Source of the DNA: a virus
Lineage: Duplodnaviria; Heunggongvirae; Uroviricota; Caudoviricetes
Virus record (IMG/VR): IMGVR_UViG_3300035696_000002
Reading direction: 5' to 3' (one strand)
DNA length: 64,000 nt
How positions within the stretch are numbered: the stretch's first letter is position 1; each line of letters opens with the position of its first letter. Both the position numbers and the translations under genes were made by a program. This document shows, piece by piece, positions 30,701 through 37,976 of this stretch. The notes under the pieces were generated by a model. It saw only the letters and a program-made list of their open reading frames with translations. It did no database searches and was not told the DNA's origin.

Positions 30701-30931
30701 GATCGTGTTCGTCGGGTCTTGCGACATGGTGACGAACGCCGGGGCGTTTGTCATAGTCCACGCGAGCGAGCCAGCAGCACCACTGGCCGTCAAGGTTCCC
30801 AATGTGCCAGCCAACAAGGAAGCCACACGCACGGCCAACCCCGTCGTGTTAGACGGAACCGGAGGTGCAGGTGCCAGAGGAAGCACCAAGTTGACCTGAT
30901 GTGTGAAATTCGCTGATAGCGACAGTGCCAT
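24713..30931 (-). CDS. Very large Ig (He_PIG/PKD-like) repeat protein, 2072 aa
   Basis: Repeated GGxxPYxW/LPAGVxL/GTP motifs; T/S/V/P-rich beta composition. Confidence 0.8.
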   Translation of the reverse strand: MALSLSANFTHQVNLVLPLAPAPPVPSNTTGLAVRVASLLAGTLGTLTASGAAGSLAWTMTNAPAFVTMSQDPTNTITTIAFAAAVPNPNPYEFWITVTDGVTTLNFPFLLEVKPPLSIQANASNPVVSGATLTVPSYDDTVQDIVIQGVGLAGQTPVPDVNFVLPSGGLGSFPGLNWVTSNENQLILRVADPRFTPTRDLAGGLKLYTTSPEQVTLTVAAYQPGAFYDQPNRAFVQPFTLQSLTAKQGTLDYGLGVFYDTVAGTLKFDAHNAVDVLQGLLQKNNAPVHLPFQFAWTPSAGLTLSSGGGAGNDFAYYSINSLNVSATVTLTIQDALANNLAVTTIGPFNVSNAGASWLGSNAIKVATSSTIVGGLPDFVQGYIGDVIPIVVSQESTTSPAFNPAENINLIFTVVPASGLEPAIPNPAPVTINTGSPTTTVHITIPPGAAIGEKWVLQIAANNGATRTGFAEVLIESNGSSPLLITTDGVPAHLPPVSIASNTGSVITPISLVAINNNPNSVNYHQPVANVTYELVGAPDGLFIQNTGGNFALVGNALQPGSYTFAIDASASGFARSYSANITLTVTTVAVPLQITSVSSSASLIPNNTPFNVLWSYSGGGNTDPHFTLTLAQQPTPTSFPSVAGTGSIVINQNGTCVYDIYGTSFYGTAYGIPIIVLSSSVAQGAQLLPAPTIGIIDQNNDLTVNWQPAQFGGAYNIYAGWNIQTTLLPAPPNVAQTIFKPSSPLNAGETVSARIFTETLTAGNFLLNMQAISNNHALALDSPYWDNPHQFPTALTATSVTLSATSLELGQPLTLTLSSNYSGADTWQVFWPDNTNTGALPLSSAVVGKVFNTPGPQNITVQVENDFSTATPPVKLRRTLVVPVFVVNQQYNPQAAAQGALTGTLGIGGQQLFEIVNATTGLAVPQPYEMIARTLVRDMQTNEIKELIATSRFSNASSLLGTMALDVFPLKGRPQAKELIDPYTLMPNPLSSSVPVSITTSTQNFPALIVGKPMPEFQLQAQGGNTPYLWSSNDLPAGVHLSTSGALTGTPLSLGVFSVNFAVQDSSVPFYVDETTISVVVQTDLLITTPVSGAGAPPNAQVGTQYQFQMSNTGGLAPYTWSIAAGAFPLGISINPNTGLLSGYPVTYNSTTDFTKKFTATVQVQDAIGAINTQTYTITLSAATLSFSPAVNQPSIFADNQFKLTIPIFGGQSPYTLLGFTETPPAVVGSGLAVVNPVQIEVVAGIVPPTLTILTPDQEIFPDPYPQSISVSLTASGGVPSNAGLPVGTGYKFFIDPTATSTLPGAIVYGDLLVGTPAADSDPANPFTAVVKCIDSAGHSTSKTLSIAVQQQAPPAASVPFIVLPSTINAVTPSNPATWLISPLPSGFPNAARNNAYSPGGANTYYAVVLYKNTLPTPTPVLSGVSLPGPDVTFECPFGPILAPYLGDLPPGMSAVSGNTIAGTGADAVVLLTGSPTGVASIDGGYSFETEFANITSPTATLVKAVSRQSIVVMEPPASGTTPVVVITSIEGIHIDLNTVVANSAGTYSWAFPLIAEGGTRVYTFNILSGSTLPGVVLTTVNGQPAFASATTITGSYNVIVTATDSGSTTSAPVTIPVQIGQSTTQPIHILDNTMPASLFANNPIPAQTYYVDSDLVANWTATGLPAGVTLSTAPGTRVYLQGTPTAAGVFTVNITATSVSFGTTATQSFPLTINAQTAQIIAPNAPPHSPGTAIVGTQYRVINNNVLLSVQYTGYQPTSPNLPTLFNTVVGNQIGAPGLLIGGQTSTGIRSVTPSGFIMDYDYIPTVSGTDSITLQYTNIGPILDSLTINDVYATLNAIGTTVSQTVSEYATTGTFPLPITVSGGNGSYVYNVSTSDARFTVINNNTASAQIQISVNAFTPGTTVSAQIAVTVSDTEGSPQMASASGTLTITIRQETYITVLYNNQTFPAPVITTPGVYSLVMPTNGVTVQLAHLPVTYNVTNITLPAGLLSSGVGQNVQILPSQRVIAFNSGSPATVFDVDGHLNSAGPFVVPTLANPTAGTYVIAVTYQVIDNNGITSSGTANVSVIIS

Positions 30932-30942
30932 TTTCTAGTCCC

Positions 30943-33900
30943 TTACGATAACTGCGTCACAATGCTTGAGGATACGTCAGCCTGAACACCATTTGTCCCG
31001 AGGGTTCCGAGGAACGGTGAAACACTGACAGTTCGTGCCAATACCGAGTTTGCTTGCAAAACGCATGACCCGGCAGTTTGAAAGTCCGCTGTAACAACAA
31101 TACTGGAATTAAGCTCTGCTTCTGCAATCACCATGGTTCCAGTGATGTTGATTTCCTGTGTCGTTGTCGGTGCGTGAGTCTGTAAGTTGATGGCAGACTG
31201 ACGCTCAGCGACAAAGAACGGCCCCGGTGCAGCCCCAGCCGGGCTCACTGCCAAAATGACGCCTGAGGCAGTAATCTCAGACTGAACTCCGACGTGGCCG
31301 ACGCCGCCCGTTGGCAGCGTGATCTGACCGCCATCCAGCACCACACCACAACCTTGCTGATAGGCTCCGGCCTGCACGTTGTTTATCCAGTTACAATTCA
31401 CATACTCGATATCAGAGTTGATACCCATGATCGTCGGGCTCGTGAAGCCTTGGAAGTTGATGTTGTTGAAAATCACACGGGTCGTGTCGCAGAAAAACGC
31501 CACGGTCGGCCCGTCGCCGAACCCGGCGAATCCAGTTGCGTCGATGAGAACATTGCCTGTAGTGCCGGGGGCCGTAGTAATAACCAAACGGCCTTCGTCC
31601 TGAATGACGCGGGACGCATTGCCGAGGCAGTAAACCTTGGACGTGACGATCTGTCCGTCGCCGAGGGCAACCGTATCAAGGTTGTTCTGCAACAGGTTCA
31701 AATTGAAACTCAGTCCAGTGTTGATAAGCTGAATGCTGCACGGGTGCCGGAGCACAGGCGGCAACAAGGCAAGAGCCGCTGGAATATTCTTCAGGGCCTC
31801 TGCTGGACTCAAACCACTCTGATCGTCATTACCGTTCTGATTGTCCACGTACAGGATGATCGGAGCGATTGTCGATTGCAAATTCTGCCCCAGCACAGTA
31901 CGCGGCGTCGGTGGGGCGATGGCGAAACCAATGTGCGGGATAGCCGTCGCGAAACCACGCTGGCCTGTGGTCAAGAACTGGACGATCTTACGGATGTCAC
32001 GGTTCACAGGCTGGATGAAATCGTTCGTGTGCATCGGTGCAAGGAAAACTGTTTCAACGTCGTTCTGCCGCATTGCGACATAGTTGCTGTCGAAGAATGT
32101 AGCCAACGCTTCGTTGTTCAACCCGGCGTCATTCCAAGCAAGCTGGGCGGGTAACTGTGTGATAATCGGAAGTTCGCGGTTATACGGATACACATCCGAA
32201 AGACCGATGACCGGGGCCGCACCCGTGCCGTTCGTCGTGAGGAGGACATTGTCTTCCCAGTGGATAATCTCGTAATCACGATTCAACACGCCTTCACCCT
32301 GATAAGGCACATACTCGATTTCAACCGTCATGGTCGAAGCCGAAGCAAATGCCGGGAGGATCGAGCCGACAAAGAAGAAAGGCTGAGCATTTGTTCCTGT
32401 GAGAGTGACGGTGCCGGGCACAACGACCGTGATGATACCGTTTGCGAAGCTCAGGCTGTTGACTTGAACGGCAGTCAGGTTTCCCGACACCGGATCAAGA
32501 ACCCAGATAAGCCTGTTCAAGTCGTCGCCTGCTACACCTTTGATGGTGCATCCACCATTCAATTGCGTGAGATCAGGCTGCTGGGCTGCAAGCACGACGT
32601 TAGTGACGTTGTTCACCGCATCGAAACCGATTGAGACTACCGAGACCCGTGAGTCCATGGGGAGCGTCGAGTTCGCTGTGTAGTTGCCGAACAACACCGT
32701 CTCCTCAATCGTAGTGATACCTTTGACCGGGGCGTTGTAAGCGAACTGGCACGTGTTCTGGGCCATCATGGAAAGAATCATCGTGGATGATGGCGGCACG
32801 ATACCCTGTATTGACAAAATGAAGTTGCCCAGCGGAGCAGAGACCGTGGGTTGGGTGATGGCTCGCCCAGTAATGGGGTAGAAAGCATTCGTGACAGAAT
32901 CCCACGCACGCACGCCATACAAACCATTCAGATTTCCGCTGATCCCATTTCGCGGGATAATGAATGTGGTAGTAGTGTTTCCACCGACAGTTTGCTGCAC
33001 ACCCTGAGAACCCGGAATCTGTAACCAAATTCTGGTGCCGAGGATGGTGTCGGAGTACTCGGGACTAATGGCCCACTCTGCGTTGACACCAACACCCGCA
33101 GTGACCAAAGCCGAGTTGGATGGGGGCAGAGCAACCTGCGAAGCCTGCACATCGTATTCGGAGATGCCGAACGCGGCAACCTGCAACCCAGAGGTGCTGT
33201 CGAACACGATTCCGCCATCAACAGCGAACGGAACATGGTGAAGATCAATACCGGAACCAGCCGGATATTGAACACCGAAGGTCACGTAGATCGGGTTCGG
33301 GCCGGGATCGAAAGCAGTGTTGACCAAGTTCGCCGAGATCGTCACAGACACAGCCTTGGTGCCAAGACCGTTGATTGAGACCTGTCCTTGAAGTAGGGCA
33401 GCCGGAGCCTTTGTCCCATTGATCTGGTTTGAAACCAGTGCCGTAACGTTGAGTGCACTAATGACAGCGGTCGAAGAGTTCGGCAGTGAAATCGTGAACT
33501 GGTCGCCCTGTACCCAGTTGCCCGGTGCACCGACCGATTTCTGACTGGTCGTCACCGCGATGGTCGAGAAGAAGACCCGCTGATCGGAACTGAAACCGTT
33601 GGCGTAACCATCCCAACTTCCAACCGTGTTTGTGTTTGGAATCGGAGTGGTAGACATCGACACGTTGTAGGCCAACGTTGAACCAAGAGCCTCGGGTTTG
33701 TTACCCGGCGACTCGCCACGGCCAATAGCCTGACGACTGTTGCCCATAACGATGTCGGCAAAACTTTCACGCATGATCCGGTCGTAATCCCAACCATCCA
33801 GCTTTACAGTCAGACGGGTGTCAACTACATCATCAGGGAAAACTTGGTCGGCCAGCTTGGAGTCGAAACGACCGGAGACGCCGGAAGACAACAGGCCATT

Positions 33901-34878
33901 GATTCCACCGTTGACTCCGACTGGGAAGCTGGAGCTTGCACAACCAAACAGGTTGTTTACGATGTCAAAGTTTCCGGTGTTGCGTTGGAAAACAACAGCG
34001 ATTGGCATCGCGTAGCTGTAACCGTCCATGGTGCCGAGGCTGTTGTTCACATTGCCGTCGCCCGCACGCCACAGACCTGTGTCACCAGTGATTGCTCCCA
34101 TGTTTGTGAACTGATAGGTTGTGACACCGAACAGCGGCGACACGCCGGGCGAAGTGCTCGGCAAACCAGCCTGAGCGTAAACGGCCTGAGTGACCAACGT
34201 ACCGGGATCAAGCCCGAAGCGGTACTGCGTAAAATTGTACGAAGGAGCGATGCTCTGCACGTTCAGACGCCACTGAATCTGAGCACGCTCGGTGGTGAAC
34301 AATCCCTGATATGGGTCAATGGAATCGTCGGGCAAAAGTTCTGCATTGGGGACGTTGTTCGGATTGTTTCCGTTCGGCGAGGTGCTGGGGTTGACGCCGC
34401 CATACGGATAGAAATACCGCAGGTTCGTGATCGGGTCTTGGAAGTAGCCCTGCCCGGTGATCGGATTCAGAAGTTGATACCAGAGTTCCAAGAAAACAAC
34501 GTAGATGTAGCAGTCGGGAGCATTCAGGCCAACCGTCCAGAATTGCGGCTGCGGGAGAACCACATTGTTCAACGTCACATCCGTGGAGTTGGTTCCAGCG
34601 ACAGTGACGACTTCTCCGTTGAAGAGCACATCAAATGCTGGGATGGTGAAACTGTTGCTGATGGAGGTGTTGAACTGCATCGGCATGTAAGTCAGGCAGC
34701 CCGAGGTGCATTGGGTGTCGTTGACAAGCCGTGTACGCTTTAAGTCCTGATTATCCTGAATCAGGTTGATGTCGGCGTCGGTAAGCTGGTGGTCGTGGAG
34801 GCCGACAATGGTGACGATGCTTTTATTTGTCGGATCGAGCGTTCGAGAAACTGCTACAGGATATGTCTTCTGACCCAT
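30943..34878 (-). CDS. Baseplate-anchored fibre/spike protein with a C-terminal beta-helix
   Basis: N-terminal SRTLDP...LTDADINLIQD anchor motif; LYVDNQNGNDDQSGLS...ALKNI opens a pectin-lyase-like beta-helix. Confidence 0.65.
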   Translation of the reverse strand: MGQKTYPVAVSRTLDPTNKSIVTIVGLHDHQLTDADINLIQDNQDLKRTRLVNDTQCTSGCLTYMPMQFNTSISNSFTIPAFDVLFNGEVVTVAGTNSTDVTLNNVVLPQPQFWTVGLNAPDCYIYVVFLELWYQLLNPITGQGYFQDPITNLRYFYPYGGVNPSTSPNGNNPNNVPNAELLPDDSIDPYQGLFTTERAQIQWRLNVQSIAPSYNFTQYRFGLDPGTLVTQAVYAQAGLPSTSPGVSPLFGVTTYQFTNMGAITGDTGLWRAGDGNVNNSLGTMDGYSYAMPIAVVFQRNTGNFDIVNNLFGCASSSFPVGVNGGINGLLSSGVSGRFDSKLADQVFPDDVVDTRLTVKLDGWDYDRIMRESFADIVMGNSRQAIGRGESPGNKPEALGSTLAYNVSMSTTPIPNTNTVGSWDGYANGFSSDQRVFFSTIAVTTSQKSVGAPGNWVQGDQFTISLPNSSTAVISALNVTALVSNQINGTKAPAALLQGQVSINGLGTKAVSVTISANLVNTAFDPGPNPIYVTFGVQYPAGSGIDLHHVPFAVDGGIVFDSTSGLQVAAFGISEYDVQASQVALPPSNSALVTAGVGVNAEWAISPEYSDTILGTRIWLQIPGSQGVQQTVGGNTTTTFIIPRNGISGNLNGLYGVRAWDSVTNAFYPITGRAITQPTVSAPLGNFILSIQGIVPPSSTMILSMMAQNTCQFAYNAPVKGITTIEETVLFGNYTANSTLPMDSRVSVVSIGFDAVNNVTNVVLAAQQPDLTQLNGGCTIKGVAGDDLNRLIWVLDPVSGNLTAVQVNSLSFANGIITVVVPGTVTLTGTNAQPFFFVGSILPAFASASTMTVEIEYVPYQGEGVLNRDYEIIHWEDNVLLTTNGTGAAPVIGLSDVYPYNRELPIITQLPAQLAWNDAGLNNEALATFFDSNYVAMRQNDVETVFLAPMHTNDFIQPVNRDIRKIVQFLTTGQRGFATAIPHIGFAIAPPTPRTVLGQNLQSTIAPIILYVDNQNGNDDQSGLSPAEALKNIPAALALLPPVLRHPCSIQLINTGLSFNLNLLQNNLDTVALGDGQIVTSKVYCLGNASRVIQDEGRLVITTAPGTTGNVLIDATGFAGFGDGPTVAFFCDTTRVIFNNINFQGFTSPTIMGINSDIEYVNCNWINNVQAGAYQQGCGVVLDGGQITLPTGGVGHVGVQSEITASGVILAVSPAGAAPGPFFVAERQSAINLQTHAPTTTQEINITGTMVIAEAELNSSIVVTADFQTAGSCVLQANSVLARTVSVSPFLGTLGTNGVQADVSSSIVTQLS

Positions 34879-34880
34879 CG

Positions 34881-35279
34881 TTATGCCTCACAACCGCAAC
34901 TTGTAACTTTGCCGCTCGTAAGCAGCCCACCCCGAACCGGGATGACTTTTCCACAATCGCACTTGCACGTCCACACAGAGTGGGAAGAGGTGCCTGATTT
35001 TACCGACCCGGCCCGCAAAACCACCCACAAACGCCCAAACCTCTTGTTCACGAGGCTGAATCGCTTTTCCATTTTCGACTTCTTGAAGCGATTCGTTGCA
35101 CAGCCACAACTTCTAACTCTGCCGGACAGAAGGGCGTCCTCGCGGATCGGCTTCTCGGTGCCGCAAATGCAGTGCACCGTCCAAGTCTGGCGGCGACGGG
35201 TGCCTTGGGGCTCTCCGTTGCCTTTGACAACCAAAAGCCCAAAACTCATGCCAATCAAGCTATCGGGTGCAGTTCTCAT
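34881..35279 (-). CDS. Tandem Zn-binding repeats of the HNH/AP2 homing-endonuclease N-terminal type, with no nuclease domain
   Basis: Two copies of L-x-x-x-x-FG-x-L-x-V...W-x-x-x-C-x-CG...L-x-SG-x-V-x-SCGC. Confidence 0.75.
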   Translation of the reverse strand: MRTAPDSLIGMSFGLLVVKGNGEPQGTRRRQTWTVHCICGTEKPIREDALLSGRVRSCGCATNRFKKSKMEKRFSLVNKRFGRLWVVLRAGSVKSGTSSHSVWTCKCDCGKVIPVRGGLLTSGKVTSCGCEA

Positions 35280-35354
35280 CTACCCTGAGAACGATAGTTG
35301 GGAAACTTCAAATCGGCGAATTTTTAGCCTATTCCTCCCCTTTACAGGGGAACC

Positions 35355-36098
35355 ATGGCCTACGATTACATCGACCAAGACATTCTTGCTTCGGCCCTAA
35401 TCCTGCCGAAGAACAACGATTCCTTCTATAACCCTGCCAGTTCAGCACATACGGGCTTTGGCTACGACGGGCAACTCTACAATGCCGGAGCCATCGTCAC
35501 ACCCCCGTCGATCACACAAGTCGCTGTGGCAGCCGGGCTTGCAACCTACACAGCACTGAATTCCTTCACGGCGGGACAGTACGTGAACATTCAAGGCCTA
35601 GCCCATACTGCTTTGAACATCTCCGGGCCGATCACCTTCGCGAATGCCACGACCTTCCAGCTTGCTACCACGGCGGCGACACTCGCCCCCGTTGCCGACA
35701 GCGGCGTAGCGACGCCTGTAGCTTCGTGGTACTCCGAGTACATCAACGGCGGCGATGCTTACCGCGACGACGCCGCGACATTCCCGTTGGCCGGGCTGAT
35801 TTTGCTGTCACCCGTCTCTCTTGTAATACTGAATGAAACGACCGGAGCGTTGAATCTCTGGATGCAATTTTTGCTGGCTGACTCCTTCGCCTTGGCAAAC
35901 AACTTCAACGGCTCGAATCAGGGCTTCTATCCTCAGGCTCTCAACTACGCGGACGGCGTGATCTCGGTGACGTACACCCCCGACCCCGGCAACCAGCCGC
36001 CGCATCCGGTGCCGCTTCCGACCGACCCGGCTCAATCCCACATGGTGGTGACAATGGATTTCGTGCAAGACAAAGTCTACTTAGACGTTGCTTTATAG
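35355..36098 (+). CDS. Probable virion protein carrying one copy of the baseplate beta-barrel repeat
   Basis: SITQVAVAAGLATYTALNSFTAGQYVNIQG...ADSGVAT matches repeats in the gpJ- and gpI-like proteins. Confidence 0.7.
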   Translation: MAYDYIDQDILASALILPKNNDSFYNPASSAHTGFGYDGQLYNAGAIVTPPSITQVAVAAGLATYTALNSFTAGQYVNIQGLAHTALNISGPITFANATTFQLATTAATLAPVADSGVATPVASWYSEYINGGDAYRDDAATFPLAGLILLSPVSLVILNETTGALNLWMQFLLADSFALANNFNGSNQGFYPQALNYADGVISVTYTPDPGNQPPHPVPLPTDPAQSHMVVTMDFVQDKVYLDVAL

Positions 36099-36107
36099 GA
36101 GTGATTT

Positions 36108-36893
36108 ATGCTGGATGACAAGAGTTTGCTTGAGTTGTGTTTGAAAGTTTCTGGTGGGTTTGAATCTGGAGGCGGAGCCAGCTATACTTCGCTGACGGGA
36201 AATTTCGACGGCCAAGGTCTGTCCGCTGGCGTGCTGCAATGGAACGCCGGACAAGGAACGCTACAGGCCCTCGTCACCGCTATCGGCAACGCCATGGGGT
36301 GGGATAAGGCAAAGACTTTCTTCTCGTCCGACATCCAGCAGTTCTCCACACTCAAGGGACAAGCAGCGATTCAGTGGTGCCTCGATCACTACATCGAGAA
36401 CGGCACCACAAACATTGATCCCGGTGCAAAGGCGAAGTGGGTAACCTTCCTGAGTCAGCCGGAGTCAATCGCGGCACAGGTGCAGATTGCATCGAACGGC
36501 GTGCTGGGGCATGCGAAGCGTGAGGTCGCGGCCTACTGCCCGGACTACGCTGACCGCAACCGCCCGTATGCGTTCTTTTTCGATCTCGTCACGCAGGAGG
36601 GCGGGATGACAGTTGGGCATCAAACCGTTCCCCCGGTGCCATCGGGCACGACGCCAGACGTTTCAGATGCGTTGAATTTCGCGGAGACAAACAATCCCCG
36701 GTGTGCGGTGATCTGGCAGCAGAACATCAATGGGGATAATCTGGCACAGCTTCTCTTGCATTACGCCTACTCGCGTGCCATGCTGGCCAATCCGACGTAT
36801 GCGTGGGACACGTGTTCACGCCGGGGCACTATCGCGTGCCGGGGCGGGGTTGTGCACGCGGCCACGATCAACTTCACTTCGACTCTCGATTAA
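36108..36893 (+). CDS. Lysozyme-like peptidoglycan hydrolase (endolysin candidate)
   Basis: GFES...Y...GNFDGQGLSAGVLQWN resembles a lysozyme-superfamily catalytic Glu plus beta-hairpin. Confidence 0.6.
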   Translation: MLDDKSLLELCLKVSGGFESGGGASYTSLTGNFDGQGLSAGVLQWNAGQGTLQALVTAIGNAMGWDKAKTFFSSDIQQFSTLKGQAAIQWCLDHYIENGTTNIDPGAKAKWVTFLSQPESIAAQVQIASNGVLGHAKREVAAYCPDYADRNRPYAFFFDLVTQEGGMTVGHQTVPPVPSGTTPDVSDALNFAETNNPRCAVIWQQNINGDNLAQLLLHYAYSRAMLANPTYAWDTCSRRGTIACRGGVVHAATINFTSTLD

Positions 36894-37162
36894 GCGTCGC
36901 GGTATTCCGCAGAGTGCTTGTAAGCATCCGGGATATTGTGCGGCTCTGGCAATTCTGTCGGAGTTTGCCCGGCCTTGTCGTCGGCGACTGCCGCCTGAGC
37001 CTTCTTGAGTTGATTGGGGTCAATGTGAACGGCCTTGGTGACCGAGTCCCATAGCTGGAACACGGCCATCCCTTCGGTCGGATCAACACCCATCCCTGAG
37101 TGCCGCTTGAGAACGTGAAGCAGGTATTCGTGTAGCTCGTCTGTCAACTGAATGATCTTCAT
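36890..37162 (-). CDS. Small hypothetical protein (likely start MKIIQL)
   Basis: TATTAT sits 6 nt before the ATG, so the mRNA may be leaderless. Confidence 0.5.
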   Translation of the reverse strand: MKIIQLTDELHEYLLHVLKRHSGMGVDPTEGMAVFQLWDSVTKAVHIDPNQLKKAQAAVADDKAGQTPTELPEPHNIPDAYKHSAEYRDA

Positions 37163-37175
37163 ACCCACATAATAC

Positions 37176-37721
37176 CTAGTTCTTAGGCAAAAGATCACCA
37201 TCAAACTGCAAAATTGTCAGGTCAGCCTGAACACCCAAATCCTGAATGGAAGGCGGTACTGGCTCCTCCACCTGCGGGAGCAAGTACGTCCCCAACGTGG
37301 TATTGGGCGTCACGCCGAGTTCTTTGGTTACGATCTTGACCCATGGACGCCAGTTCCCGGCGTACCGTTTCGCAACCTGTGCGAAGGTCATGTCGGCATT
37401 GAAATGTTTCGACCGCCCGTCAACCATCTTGGCGATCTGATCTTTCAGGGCAGCCCAACCTGCGGCGTCGGACTTGAACACGACGTGACCGCCCTTGCCG
37501 ATGGACTTCTGGCCGGGCAGCTTCGCGGCGGCGGGGATGGTCTTTAAGTCGCCGGGGTTATGGTACCGCGTCGGGATGACGCCACGGACGCCGAAGCCCT
37601 CAGCATCAGCGATAGCGGACGCCAGCGAGTTAACACGCTCCGGGGCCGGGGCGGACTGGGCAAACGCACCAGCCGTCAGGACGAGAATGAGTAAAGCTAC
37701 AGCAAAATTGATTGTTTTCAT
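37176..37721 (-). CDS. Secreted lysozyme-like protein (NNPGN-type family) with signal peptide
   Basis: MKTINFAVALLILVLTAGAFA signal; IADAEG...RYHNPGDLK...VF-x-S...GWAAL...RYA motifs. Confidence 0.6.
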   Translation of the reverse strand: MKTINFAVALLILVLTAGAFAQSAPAPERVNSLASAIADAEGFGVRGVIPTRYHNPGDLKTIPAAAKLPGQKSIGKGGHVVFKSDAAGWAALKDQIAKMVDGRSKHFNADMTFAQVAKRYAGNWRPWVKIVTKELGVTPNTTLGTYLLPQVEEPVPPSIQDLGVQADLTILQFDGDLLPKN

Positions 37722-37976
37722 AGCGAGTTCGTTTCGTACAACCAACCGATCTGCTCGTAAAAACTCCTCGTTCTAAGCCTCCCCCTATATTCTACCGGGT
37801 TTCAAGGCAAATTGGCCACTCATAAAACACTGAGGGCACAGGAGTTAGCTGTGCCCGTTTGTTCTAAAAGATCGAAAGGGAACTCCAGCAGGCTTTGACA
37901 CCTTCCGGGTTCCCTCTCACTTTATACTTGATATTGGGAAAACTTGCAAGGAAAAACAGCAAGTCTATTGTTTTGT

